From contig NZ_FWPT01000003.1 in assembly GCF_900174585.1 (NCBI RefSeq), positions 579,949-611,948 on the forward strand: a stretch of 32,000 bases of DNA, in the 5' to 3' direction. The position numbers were made by a program, and so were the translations under genes. Positions 1 to 12,579 of the stretch are shown in pieces. Position 1 is the first letter of the stretch, and each line of letters begins with the position of its first letter. Under the pieces are notes generated by a model, which worked only from the letters and a program-made list of their open reading frames with translations, ran no database searches and was not told the origin of the DNA. The DNA comes from Parendozoicomonas haliclonae (GTDB taxonomy: Bacteria; Pseudomonadota; Gammaproteobacteria; Pseudomonadales; Endozoicomonadaceae).

Positions 1-2955
1 TCAAGTTGTCGGCACGTCCATAGCATCCAGACACTCTGCCGTTGCACACTTCACAACATTCTCCACAGATGCGTCTGGCTTCTCTGCCTTGTGATTCTTA
101 CCAAAGCTCTTCACTTCCAGAGACAGGGCACCATCAGCCAGCAGGTACTTATCATAGAGAGCCAGCACCTTCTCTTTGGTCAGCAGTTTGGCAGCTGCAA
201 CAAAGTGATCACGATCGGCAAAGTCCAATTTTTCACCCACGATATTCCACCAGAACCGGTTGGTACGCTTCGTCAGCCCGGTATCTTTCTTCATGGTGTC
301 CTTAATCAGGGTTTCTTTGAGGTCAGCAAAGGCCTGTGCATCCATCGCCTCGATCACCTCACGCTGCTGAGCAAATAATGCCAGGGAGCGCTTCTTGATC
401 TCTTCCGGTGCGGTATTGGTGGACTGCACCATAAACACCAGCCCCGGGCGATCATTCAGCCTGCGCGGTGAACTCCAGACGATATAACCTAGCTGCTGGT
501 TAGTACGCAACTCGCGGAAATATGGGCCACTGATCATATCATCGATAAGTGCCAGTCCTGTGCGAGTTTCCAGGCTTTCATCCTGAGCCTGATAGTACAG
601 GAAGGAAGTAGAGTCCGAGTGATCGATATCCAGCGCCAGACTCACTGTCGGCATGCTGCTGAGATCATAAAGTCGGGTGCGATAATGCTCACCTGGTTCT
701 TTAACAACCGCTGCCGCCTTACGTGCCATCGACTCTGTCTGTGCAGCACTCAGATTACCGTGAACCAATACATCAAGATGCGCCTTCTTAAGAAAGGCTT
801 CCCCGAAGGCCTGCACATCCGCCAGAGACACAGCTTTCAAGGCTTCAGCCTGCTCAACGGCACTGTAGGTTCCGGGAAATACCACTTCATTAAAGGCACT
901 CCAGGCCTGATCATCCGGGGAACTTAAACGAAAGTTTTCCAGGTTCTTGGCATAGGCTTCTTTCACTCGTGCAAAGTCCTGCTCGGTAAAAGCCTGCTCT
1001 TCCAGTGCCTTGACGATGGTATCCAGCAACAGCGGCTGCTTGTCGCTAAATCCGGATAATTGAATGGCCAGATCCGTTGTACCCTGACGGTAAACAGAGT
1101 AACCCAGACCTGCTTCGCGAGCAGGATAGAGAGGCTCATTGAGAACCTGACCAATCAGTTCGGAAAACAGGGTAAAGGTCACAGAGTTTTTCACCGAACT
1201 GTCAGACAGTGGTGTGGAATACGCCAGACGCACATCGGCCTTGGGTGCGTTAAAGGTCTGATCTGATTTATGCCAGACCCGCAGTCCAGGCTCATTAATC
1301 AGCTGCGATGGAACCTCTTTTGATTGTTCGTTCTCAGCAATCAACTCAAGATTCTTTGGAGCATACGGGTTCAATGCCGGCAGTGATAGAGAACTATGAA
1401 TAGCGGAATCAGCAAACAACTGCTGTTGTGTCTCAGTCAGGGGAGCCATGCTATAACGTGTGCCGTAGTGAGGCGCTTCCTTATCGACACTCACATCCTT
1501 GCCACTCACGATCATCCGCAGGTTATCAACCGTCATCTCATTCAGATAGCTGCGGATCAGAGCTTCGTCATAACGCTCCCAGGCCACATCCACATTAAGA
1601 AGGTTCTTTACCGGATACTCCTGGAGGTTATAGGCCAGCTCATTAACATGATCGACAGGGCGTGCCTGATCTGCGGAATCAAAGAACAAACGGGCAATCT
1701 GACCATATTCATCAAACAGCTCTTTTTTGATGCCGTCTTTTTTCACCAGATCAATAAAATCAAAGACAATCGCACCGATGCGATCCGTCTGTTGGGCCCC
1801 CTTTTCTGTCAGGCCCATTGAGATACCAAAATCGGTAAAGCTGTTATCAGAATCCCAGCCGTAGGCGCTCAGGCTATTAATCAAGCCTTCCTCTTTCAAA
1901 GCGCTATAGAGCGTGCCTTTACGTTCACTGCTGAAGATTTTTTTAAGATAGACAACAGGCTTGGCTGCAAAGTTTTCACGACTGGCTGGCAAATTAAACT
2001 CAAGTGACAGGGTATTTCTATCCTGAAGCGTTTTAATATTAATCTGCACGCCCTGCTGACCTTCAGTAAAGGGGGAGATACTATCATCCCAGGGCTTCTC
2101 CGCTGCGACTCCGGCCGGAATAGCCGCCAGCGATGTTTTTGCCATCGTCTCCAGTTCAGCCAGAGACTCCTGACCATAAACAGCCACGGTCATATTGCTG
2201 CCGACATAATAGTCGCGATAAAAAACTTCCAGATCTTTTAACAGACTGACACCGTCATCGTTATTCAGGGTATCAATGTTGCCTGTACCGAAGTGACCAT
2301 AAGGGTGAGCCGGATTACTGGTTTCACCATGCACGACATTGGAACGCCAATAAGGGCGGGTAAACCCGGCACGGAACTCGGAGTCAACAGAGTTACGCTC
2401 CTTATCGACATATTCGTTTTCCAAAATCGATTTACCTACAGCCCAGGCCAGACGATCCAACCCTTCTGCCAGACCTTCGGCATTGACCTCGAAGTAATAG
2501 TTGGTCTTTTCACCATAGGTCGTGCCATTCATGGAACCACCCTGAGCCTTCACATACTCGCGAAAACCGCCCAGCTCGGGATACTTCTCACTCTTCATAA
2601 ACAGCAGCATATGCTCAAGGAAGTGCGCCATACCTTCCCGGCCTTTTGGGTCTGACCAACTGCCCGTGCCTACATATATAGAGGCAGCGGCTTTGTCAGC
2701 ATCCGGATCAGAGATAAGAACAACCCTGACACCGTTATCCAGAGTCACAAGCTGATAATCACGATCATCATTGGCACTTTTAATAATGTCTTGCGCCGGG
2801 TTGGCTGGAGCCTTTTCTACTGACGCATTGATATCAGATGAATTATTCGTAGAAACTGAAGCTTCTTCTTTCACTTCCGAAGAGCAGGCAGCAAGCGCTG
2901 CAGTAAAGATAATTACGCTCAGGGGTTTAAGGCAGGATACTGTTGTTCTTTTCAT
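1..2955 (-). CDS. M16-family (pitrilysin/insulinase-like) zinc metallopeptidase, predicted outer-membrane lipoprotein
   Basis: Long minus-strand ORF ending with TGA at 1-3. Inverted zinc motif HxxEH (GMAHFLEHMLLF) lies near the N-terminus, and the ~980-aa length is typical of protease III-type M16 enzymes. I place the start at ATG 2955 (M47 of the ORF-track translation) because it opens a signal peptide plus lipobox, MKRTTVSCLKPLSVIIFTAALAAC/SS. No clear SD. Confidence 0.85.
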   Translation of the reverse strand: MKRTTVSCLKPLSVIIFTAALAACSSEVKEEASVSTNNSSDINASVEKAPANPAQDIIKSANDDRDYQLVTLDNGVRVVLISDPDADKAAASIYVGTGSWSDPKGREGMAHFLEHMLLFMKSEKYPELGGFREYVKAQGGSMNGTTYGEKTNYYFEVNAEGLAEGLDRLAWAVGKSILENEYVDKERNSVDSEFRAGFTRPYWRSNVVHGETSNPAHPYGHFGTGNIDTLNNDDGVSLLKDLEVFYRDYYVGSNMTVAVYGQESLAELETMAKTSLAAIPAGVAAEKPWDDSISPFTEGQQGVQINIKTLQDRNTLSLEFNLPASRENFAAKPVVYLKKIFSSERKGTLYSALKEEGLINSLSAYGWDSDNSFTDFGISMGLTEKGAQQTDRIGAIVFDFIDLVKKDGIKKELFDEYGQIARLFFDSADQARPVDHVNELAYNLQEYPVKNLLNVDVAWERYDEALIRSYLNEMTVDNLRMIVSGKDVSVDKEAPHYGTRYSMAPLTETQQQLFADSAIHSSLSLPALNPYAPKNLELIAENEQSKEVPSQLINEPGLRVWHKSDQTFNAPKADVRLAYSTPLSDSSVKNSVTFTLFSELIGQVLNEPLYPAREAGLGYSVYRQGTTDLAIQLSGFSDKQPLLLDTIVKALEEQAFTEQDFARVKEAYAKNLENFRLSSPDDQAWSAFNEVVFPGTYSAVEQAEALKAVSLADVQAFGEAFLKKAHLDVLVHGNLSAAQTESMARKAAAVVKEPGEHYRTRLYDLSSMPTVSLALDIDHSDSTSFLYYQAQDESLETRTGLALIDDMISGPYFRELRTNQQLGYIVWSSPRRLNDRPGLVFMVQSTNTAPEEIKKRSLALFAQQREVIEAMDAQAFADLKETLIKDTMKKDTGLTKRTNRFWWNIVGEKLDFADRDHFVAAAKLLTKEKVLALYDKYLLADGALSLEVKSFGKNHKAEKPDASVENVVKCATAECLDAMDVPTT

Positions 2956-3256
2956 ATTTTTATAATGTCCACGTCTTATATTTTTCGAGGAAAGCCATCC
3001 TGAATAAAACGACTGTAACCGATCATCAATCACAATCAAAACAGGCTGCGAACTGCACCAATAAAGGTCATAAACATCAACGATCCGATTCATCCTGAAG
3101 CATTATTTCGTTCATTTCCCCTTACCTGCTTGATACGTCATTCCCGTTACAAAAAAACTTCACTTTTTTGATGCCTTCTAACCTATTGATTTAAAAGCAC
3201 TCAAAAAAAATATCGTCACATATTGACTTTATAAAGGTCAGTATTTGTATTTTGTG

Positions 3257-3270
3257 TATTGTATACAATA
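3257..3270. promoter_or_regulatory. Perfect 14-bp palindrome TATTGTATACAATA in the M16/TonB-receptor divergent control region (candidate operator)
   Basis: Read directly and checked base by base: 3257-3270 is its own reverse complement. It lies about 30 bp downstream of a TTGACT hexamer (3223-3228) and 88 bp upstream of the receptor ATG. Confidence 0.5.
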
Positions 3271-3312
3271 TCAAATATATTGTTTAATGGTTACGCCATC
3301 TGGCACAAAAGA

Positions 3313-3357
3313 GAACAACAACAGCCAGCAATAACAACAAAAACCAAGACAGAAACT
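3313..3357 (+). promoter_or_regulatory. A/C-rich, SD-less leader (GAACAACAACAGCCAGCAATAACAACAAAAACCAAGACAGAAACT) abutting the receptor start codon; AAnAAnAA-type motif
   Basis: Read directly. The tract has only 6 G in 45 nt and no GGAG-like SD, and it contains ATAACAACA (3331-3339), which recurs at 6126 and 24181. Confidence 0.4.
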
Positions 3358-6021
3358 ATGCACACAATACAAAGAACTCTCCTTGCGAGTGCTATTGCGA
3401 CAGCATTAAGCACCGTCAGCGTCGGCGTTTATGCTGCTGATGAGCAAACCGTAGAAAAAGTCGAAAAGGTTACCGTTACCGGTTCCCGTATCTCCCGTGT
3501 TGATATGGAAGGGGCTAACCCATTGGCCGTTATTACCCGTGAAGATATTGAAGACAGCGGCTTTATGACCGTTGCGGACCTGCTTCGCAACACTACATAC
3601 AATTCCCTCGGTTCTTATACAGCCCAGGGCAATAACTCCTGGGGTAGTCAGGCGACTATCAATCTACGCGGGCTGGGCGCTCATAACACTCTGGTTCTGA
3701 TCGATGGCCGCCGCGTACCATGGTCTGGGGTTATGTACGGCGGCAGCGTTGATGTGAATTCAATTCCTGCGGCAGCGGTAGAGCGCATTGAGATCATGCT
3801 TGATGGAGCATCTGCTATTTATGGATCAGATGCCGTAGCTGGTGTTGTTAACGTAATCATGAGAAAGGATTACGACGGCTTGCAGATTTCTGTTGGTGCC
3901 GGCCGGCCTGAGGCCAAAGGTAATGATGAAGACAGCTTCTCCTTACTGTGGGGTGGATCGAATGATAAAGGCAATCTGCTGATATCTTACGAGCACGATG
4001 AAACAGAAAACATCGTGATGGCAGATCGTGAATTTTCAAAGGCCGTTACTAATGCTGATGTAATTCAGGATGTTGAAGGTCTCTCAACGAGTGGACGCAA
4101 CATTTATCACTGGGGTGCAACTCAATACAAGCCTCTCGCAGGCACATGTGAAGCTGGTAACACCAAAGCAGGCTTTTATGGCCCTTACGGTGACTCCGAC
4201 CCACGTAAGGCGACTGCATCCTATTGTGCCTATGATTACACTGCCGTAGCTGACCTGCAGCCAAGTATCAAACGTGACATCGTTAATGTACTTGGTACCT
4301 ACGAGATTGCAGAAAACGTAGAGTTCAATGGGGGCTTCAGCCTTAGCAAGCGTGACTCTGCAAATACCGCAGCTCCTGTCCCTGCTACTTTCTGGGTAAG
4401 AAGTAACACTGTTGGCGGCGCCGCTATTTTTGAAAATAACGGATTCACTTTCGACCCCGATGCTGATGACCCAGAATGGGCAGGTATTAAATATCGCTTT
4501 GATTCTCTTGGAAATCGTGTATATGAGATTGAAGGATATGATCTGAGCGGGAATGCCGGTCTACGTGGTTCTCTCGAACTCGACTTCGTAAACGATTTCG
4601 AGTGGGATGTTAACTACACCCGTGCCAGAAACGACTACACCTCAAATGGTACTAATATGCTTCGCCTCAATCGCGTAGAGGAGCTGGCGGAAGCGAATGC
4701 AGACTTCTTACTCCCTAATGGCGATGTAAACAGTAAATATTTGAGTGAAATCGGCCACACCTGGGTTGATAACACCGATGTCAAATTCGATAGTCTGGAT
4801 GCAGGTTTTGGCTTCAGTCTCGGCGAACTCCCTGGTGGAGACATTGGTTATTACTTTGGTGTACAACGCATGAACTATGAAATGGATCGTTCTTTTGATC
4901 CCCTTTCAGCTTCAGGCGATGTTATCGGAGTATTTGGCGGACAATATGGCGGTGATAGAACTGTCAAAGCTGTTTTTGGCGAAATCATGCTCCCGATTCT
5001 CGATAATCTGGAAGCTAACTTTGCTGTTCGTCAAGATCGTTATAGCGACTTCGGAAAAACAACCAACCCTAAGTTCTCCATTCGTTACCAGCCAATGGAT
5101 AATCTGGTTCTGCGCGGAAGCTATGGTACCAGCTTTAAGGCTCCAAACTTCCAGCAGCTTTACACTCCTGAAAACACCGGATATTACACTGTAACTGACT
5201 ATAAAGCCTGTAAGGATCAAGGTATCTCACTCGGCCAATGTAATATCGAAGAAGACAGCATTAAGGTAACTAATGTTGGTAATAAGGAGCTGGGTCCAGA
5301 AGAGAGTAAAATGCTTACCCTTGGTGCCGTTTTCGAGCCAATGGATGATCTGACTCTGCGTTTTGATTTCTACAACATTAAAACTGAGGATCTGATCACT
5401 CAGATTAGCTCTGACTACCTTCTACAGGCTGAAGCCATTGCGGGCTCAAGTGCAGCTGTAATCCGGGATGGCCAAGGTTTTATTACTCAGGTTTATACCA
5501 GTAATGTAAATATTGCTGAGCAAGAGCAGAGTGGCATCGATCTTGGCGTTAGCTATGACCTTGACCTCAATGATCTTGGCACAGTTGATCTGAGTACTGG
5601 CGCATCCTATCTGCTGAAGTACGAGTATGCTGATGAGCCTGGTCTAGAGGCTTACGATCACGTTGGTCTGAACGGCACTCCTGAGTATCGTATTAATGCA
5701 ACTATTGGTTATACAACTCCTGAGAAGATGCACCGTATCGCGATCAGTGCCTATCATATTACCGATCAATATGACTGGGTTAATCAGAGATATGAGAATG
5801 GTAAGCTCGTTCAGAACGATAAAGAGGGACACATTGCTTCCCACACTACGTTCAATGTTAATTACCGTTTGAACCTGCCATGGGATGGAACTGCCAACGT
5901 GGGTGTTCGCAATCTCTTCGATCGCGACCCATCTTTCCGTTATGACGGCAAGAGCTTCAATGAGCAGCTCTACTCCATTCAAGGACGTGTATTCTATGCA
6001 GACTACACCCAGCGTTTCTAA
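3358..6021 (+). CDS. TonB-dependent outer-membrane receptor
   Basis: Signal peptide MHTIQRTLLASAIATALSTVSVGVYA/AD. Plug-domain sequence follows (EKVTVTGSRISR..., ATINLRGLG, LVLIDGRRVP), then a long beta-barrel region ending in the terminal aromatic ...YADYTQRF. The start is moved to ATG 3358; the ORF-track TTG at 3259 lies inside the palindrome/promoter. Confidence 0.9.
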   Translation: MHTIQRTLLASAIATALSTVSVGVYAADEQTVEKVEKVTVTGSRISRVDMEGANPLAVITREDIEDSGFMTVADLLRNTTYNSLGSYTAQGNNSWGSQATINLRGLGAHNTLVLIDGRRVPWSGVMYGGSVDVNSIPAAAVERIEIMLDGASAIYGSDAVAGVVNVIMRKDYDGLQISVGAGRPEAKGNDEDSFSLLWGGSNDKGNLLISYEHDETENIVMADREFSKAVTNADVIQDVEGLSTSGRNIYHWGATQYKPLAGTCEAGNTKAGFYGPYGDSDPRKATASYCAYDYTAVADLQPSIKRDIVNVLGTYEIAENVEFNGGFSLSKRDSANTAAPVPATFWVRSNTVGGAAIFENNGFTFDPDADDPEWAGIKYRFDSLGNRVYEIEGYDLSGNAGLRGSLELDFVNDFEWDVNYTRARNDYTSNGTNMLRLNRVEELAEANADFLLPNGDVNSKYLSEIGHTWVDNTDVKFDSLDAGFGFSLGELPGGDIGYYFGVQRMNYEMDRSFDPLSASGDVIGVFGGQYGGDRTVKAVFGEIMLPILDNLEANFAVRQDRYSDFGKTTNPKFSIRYQPMDNLVLRGSYGTSFKAPNFQQLYTPENTGYYTVTDYKACKDQGISLGQCNIEEDSIKVTNVGNKELGPEESKMLTLGAVFEPMDDLTLRFDFYNIKTEDLITQISSDYLLQAEAIAGSSAAVIRDGQGFITQVYTSNVNIAEQEQSGIDLGVSYDLDLNDLGTVDLSTGASYLLKYEYADEPGLEAYDHVGLNGTPEYRINATIGYTTPEKMHRIAISAYHITDQYDWVNQRYENGKLVQNDKEGHIASHTTFNVNYRLNLPWDGTANVGVRNLFDRDPSFRYDGKSFNEQLYSIQGRVFYADYTQRF

Positions 6022-6058
6022 GGCCTGGCCTGTACTTGTAAAAGTGTGTGTGTGAAAG

Positions 6059-6096
6059 AAACGGGAGCTTGAGCAATCAGGCTCCCGTTTTTTATC
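6059..6096 (+). terminator. Rho-independent terminator-like hairpin after the receptor gene
   Basis: AAACGGGAGC (6059-6068) pairs perfectly with GCTCCCGTTT (6081-6090) across a 12-nt loop, followed by a T-run through 6093. It sits 38 nt after the TAA at 6019-6021. Confidence 0.75.
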
Positions 6097-6106
6097 CTTA
6101 CAATAA

Positions 6107-9331
<3,225 letters not shown>

Positions 9332-11590
9332 GTGATGACTGATGACAAAAATAAAAACGCAACAGGGCATCGCTTTGCCAATCTGATTGATCGTCATGGC
9401 ACACCAAAAGCCATGGCCGAGTTTGATGAATTTAATAATCAGCGCTTCAACTATTTAATGGACTGTGGCAGCTGGCATGGGCTCCTGTTGCCAGCACAAA
9501 ATGACAATATTCTTGGGTTTACCGGTCCGGCGATTATTGCGGAAGAGTATACCGTCGCCCTCTCCGAGGCTCTGGAGCAGCTCTCTATCACCATCAACCA
9601 TAAAGATGGAACACTGCAGACCATTCAGCCGGAAAAGACACTGAGCAGAAGCCTTCCCGGTCAGCTTCAGCTGCGTTATGAAGATAAATCTCTGGCTATA
9701 AATCTGGAGCTTTGCTTTCTTAGTGGCCGCAGTGCATTGATTAAAACCCATATCCACAATCTGACCGATCAAACTCTTTCGTTAAGGCTGATCTGGAAAG
9801 GGCGTTTTCTTGAACAGTGGTCGGAAGATAATTCCGTGTCCACTCGTTACCCTGAATGGAAACGACGCTGGCAGAGCAACACTCAGGATGGTTCACTGAA
9901 AGCCAGCTTTGGTCGATTACGCGCTGATGGCGATATGTTTTTCTCTGGTGACTCTGTTTATCGCATTGAACGGGATATTCGCACCGAAGACACTATCGAC
10001 GACGATGGACTCGGTTATCGCTCAGAGTACCACTGCCAGATTTCTCACCATGGTTATAAAACTCTGCATACCCTGCAGAGCTTCTGTTTTGATAAGACTG
10101 AAATAGAGAGAGAAGCTGAGCGCAGCTATGAATGGCTTATGGCACCGGCCAAAACCCAGAAAGACGCTCACCAGCGCTGGCATAATCTGATAGACCGTGC
10201 CCTGATCAAAAAAAACACCTCAAATGCCATTGAACGGCTTGCCATCAAATCTGTTGAAACCCTGATCGGCAACTGGCGCTCTCCAGCCGGTGCCATACAA
10301 CACGCAGGTTTCGCCCCCTCCAATACCTTTCGCTGGTTTAATGGTCTGTGGCCTTGGGATAGCTGGAAGATGATTCGTGCCATGGCACCTCTTGCTCCGG
10401 CGCTTGCCGCTGAAGGCATGCGTGCCATCTTTGATTACCAGATCAAGCCCGATGATCCGGTTCGCCCGCTGGATGCCGGGATGCTGATTGATACCGTGTT
10501 CTTTAATCAGGATGCAGCCCGCGGTGGCGATGGCAGCAACTGGAACGAGCGCAACAGCAAACCTTCACTGGCCTCCTGGGCCTTTGAAGCGGTGTACGAG
10601 GAGATGAAGAAACAATCTCCTGCTCAGGCGCACAGATTGCTGGAAGAGTTCTTCCCCAAGCTACTGGCCTACCACCAATGGTGGTACCGCAATCGTACGT
10701 TCAACAATTCATCCATGGTCAGCTATGGTGCCACCCAGCATCCATTGCATATCAATGAAGGGGAAATGAATGCTCAGGCAGTTCAGATTGCCTGCAGCTG
10801 GGAATCCGGCATGGATAATGCCGCACGGTTTGGCTTTATCGAACCCGATGCGCTTGCAACCTACGCCAGAGAGAATCAGCTCAATGAGAGTGAAGCTGGC
10901 AAGCTCTGGTCTCCTGAGATGTTGTCTGTAATAGACAATGGCAACACTTCTGGCTTTGTTATTGATCAGCACAGTATCGATATCAATGCCTACCTTTGTC
11001 AGGAAAAACAAATTCTCAGTCGCCTTGCCAGCCTGCTTGGACACCACGACGACGCAGAGCAATTAAAGAAAGAAGCTATCGATTTACGGGAGATACTGGA
11101 GAAGCAGTTCTACGATCAGGATTCCGGCTTTTTCTACGACAAAGGCACTAACCAGCAGAAACAACTGTTAACACATCGTGGTCGTGGCCCCGAAGGCTGG
11201 ACACCACTGTTTTGCCAACTGGCCAATACCGAGCAGGCCGCCAGTATCCGTGACCGGTTAATGGATAAGGCTGAGTTTAATACGCCGGTTCCCTGTCCTA
11301 CAGCTTCCCGATCCAACCCTTCTTATGACCCAGAAGCCTACTGGCGCGGCAGAGTCTGGCTGGATCAGCTGCACTTTGCTTTGGTTGGGCTGGCGAACTA
11401 CGGCTATGACCATGAAGCCAAAACTCTGGCCGCACAATTACTGCTGAAGGGTGAAGGCATTCTTGATAACAAACCTCTGCGGGAAAATTACAACCCGGAA
11501 ACCGGTGCCATGATGGGCGCAACTAACTTTGGTTGGAGCGCAGCGCATCTCTATATGATGTATCGTGAAGGTTTTTTTGATGGTCTTTAA
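9332..11590 (+). CDS. ygjK: GH63 glucosidase, YgjK-like, lacking a signal peptide
   Basis: Matches recalled E. coli YgjK along its length: NQRFN...GSWHGLLLP, ETLIGNWRSP, WPWDSWK, GGDGSNWNERNSKPSLASW, SWESGMDNAA (catalytic Asp region), GRGPEGWTPLF (catalytic Glu region), YWRGRVWLDQ, ENYNPETGA..NFGWSAAHLYMMY. AAGGAGG at 9318-9324 lies inside the lacZ 3' end. GTG 9332 has 7-nt spacing and ATG 9335 has 10-nt spacing; either could be the start. The N-terminus MMTDDKNKNATGHR has no hydrophobic signal. Confidence 0.88.
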   Translation: MMTDDKNKNATGHRFANLIDRHGTPKAMAEFDEFNNQRFNYLMDCGSWHGLLLPAQNDNILGFTGPAIIAEEYTVALSEALEQLSITINHKDGTLQTIQPEKTLSRSLPGQLQLRYEDKSLAINLELCFLSGRSALIKTHIHNLTDQTLSLRLIWKGRFLEQWSEDNSVSTRYPEWKRRWQSNTQDGSLKASFGRLRADGDMFFSGDSVYRIERDIRTEDTIDDDGLGYRSEYHCQISHHGYKTLHTLQSFCFDKTEIEREAERSYEWLMAPAKTQKDAHQRWHNLIDRALIKKNTSNAIERLAIKSVETLIGNWRSPAGAIQHAGFAPSNTFRWFNGLWPWDSWKMIRAMAPLAPALAAEGMRAIFDYQIKPDDPVRPLDAGMLIDTVFFNQDAARGGDGSNWNERNSKPSLASWAFEAVYEEMKKQSPAQAHRLLEEFFPKLLAYHQWWYRNRTFNNSSMVSYGATQHPLHINEGEMNAQAVQIACSWESGMDNAARFGFIEPDALATYARENQLNESEAGKLWSPEMLSVIDNGNTSGFVIDQHSIDINAYLCQEKQILSRLASLLGHHDDAEQLKKEAIDLREILEKQFYDQDSGFFYDKGTNQQKQLLTHRGRGPEGWTPLFCQLANTEQAASIRDRLMDKAEFNTPVPCPTASRSNPSYDPEAYWRGRVWLDQLHFALVGLANYGYDHEAKTLAAQLLLKGEGILDNKPLRENYNPETGAMMGATNFGWSAAHLYMMYREGFFDGL

Positions 11591-11616
11591 CTGACTGAAC
11601 ACAGGACATAATAACA

Positions 11617-12072
11617 ATGAAAATTATCACAGCTTTTATTGCACTGCTTTGGCTGAGCACGGCGCAAGCCTCGACCTTAATTGATAGTGAAACCAAAGCT
11701 ATTGAGCAGGCCGTTAATGGTATCTGGCAGCAGCAAGCCACAGATTGGTCTAAAGGTGATATCGAGGCGTATATGGAGGCCTATTGGAAATCCGATAAGC
11801 TTCGCTTTGCCTTTAACAACACCATTGATTACGGCTGGCAAACGACTCTGGATGGCTACCGGAAAGCTTACAAGGATAAGGCTGCGATGGGCTCGCTAAC
11901 GTTTACGCCTATCGAGATACAGGTGTTCGATGATAGCAACGCTATTATCTTCGGCCGGTATCGTGTGGATCGTTTAAAGAATGGAGAGCCCGATGTACTG
12001 GAGGGTTTGGTGACCACTCAGTTTCGTAAGATTGGTGGGCAGTGGTTGATTGTTTCAGACCATACCAGCTAA
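11617..12072 (+). CDS. Exported SnoaL/NTF2-like (DUF4440-type) small protein
   Basis: Signal peptide MKIITAFIALLWLSTAQA/S. The ~130-aa mature domain has an NTF2-like pattern (W..GD.EAYM..Y; final beta strands ...GGQWLIVSDHTS). It starts 26 nt after ygjK, so it may be the same transcript. The family call is from pattern memory only. Confidence 0.55.
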   Translation: MKIITAFIALLWLSTAQASTLIDSETKAIEQAVNGIWQQQATDWSKGDIEAYMEAYWKSDKLRFAFNNTIDYGWQTTLDGYRKAYKDKAAMGSLTFTPIEIQVFDDSNAIIFGRYRVDRLKNGEPDVLEGLVTTQFRKIGGQWLIVSDHTS

Positions 12073-12105
12073 GGTGGTCACCACTAAATAAACAATATTA
12101 ATAAT

Positions 12106-12570
12106 GTGTCCAAACAAGAATTAACTATTAGCCCTGTCACAGATGACGATTTCGGCGAAATCGTCATTATGCTCACAAAAATCGCCCATAAAGATATTCT
12201 CCCTCATTTTTCTGGGAAGGGGCAGGAAGCATTTGCTCAGGGAATACCTGCAGATACCCGCACAGCCTTTGATCGCAACCGATTCTTCTCAGTTAAAGCA
12301 GTGCAAGGTAAGAAGATTGTTGGCTTTGCAGCATTACGAGATAAGAACTACCTCACCCACTTGTTTGTTGCTAAATCCCACCAGAAAACCGGCCTGGGAA
12401 AACAGCTTCTGCATCATATGCTGATCAGAACCGTAGGGGAGACTCTCTCGTTAAGAGCATCCGTTAACGCCGTTAATTTCTACAAGTCTCAGGGTTTTCT
12501 TCCAACAGACCAAGAACAGCAGGTCAAAGGTGTTCGCTATGTGCCGATGACCTGTCGTATTCCAAGATAA
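12106..12570 (+). CDS. GNAT-family N-acetyltransferase
   Basis: Acetyl-CoA motif A, LFVAKSHQKTGLGKQLLHHM (Q/R-x-x-G-x-G/A), and a C-terminal ...NAVNFYKSQGF motif. Starts at GTG with no in-frame ATG upstream. The alternative ATG 12169 would delete the first GNAT strand. Confidence 0.8.
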   Translation: MSKQELTISPVTDDDFGEIVIMLTKIAHKDILPHFSGKGQEAFAQGIPADTRTAFDRNRFFSVKAVQGKKIVGFAALRDKNYLTHLFVAKSHQKTGLGKQLLHHMLIRTVGETLSLRASVNAVNFYKSQGFLPTDQEQQVKGVRYVPMTCRIPR

Positions 12571-12579
12571 ATAGTAAAG

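Noticed and set aside
2956-3357. Upstream extensions of the M16 ORF (to 3093) and the receptor ORF (TTG 3259). I also considered a riboswitch, for example cobalamin, ahead of the TonB receptor.
   Set aside because: In both genes the signal peptide begins at an internal ATG (2955 and 3358). The receptor leader is only about 100 nt, A/C-rich and essentially unstructured, and I could not find a B12-box-like element.
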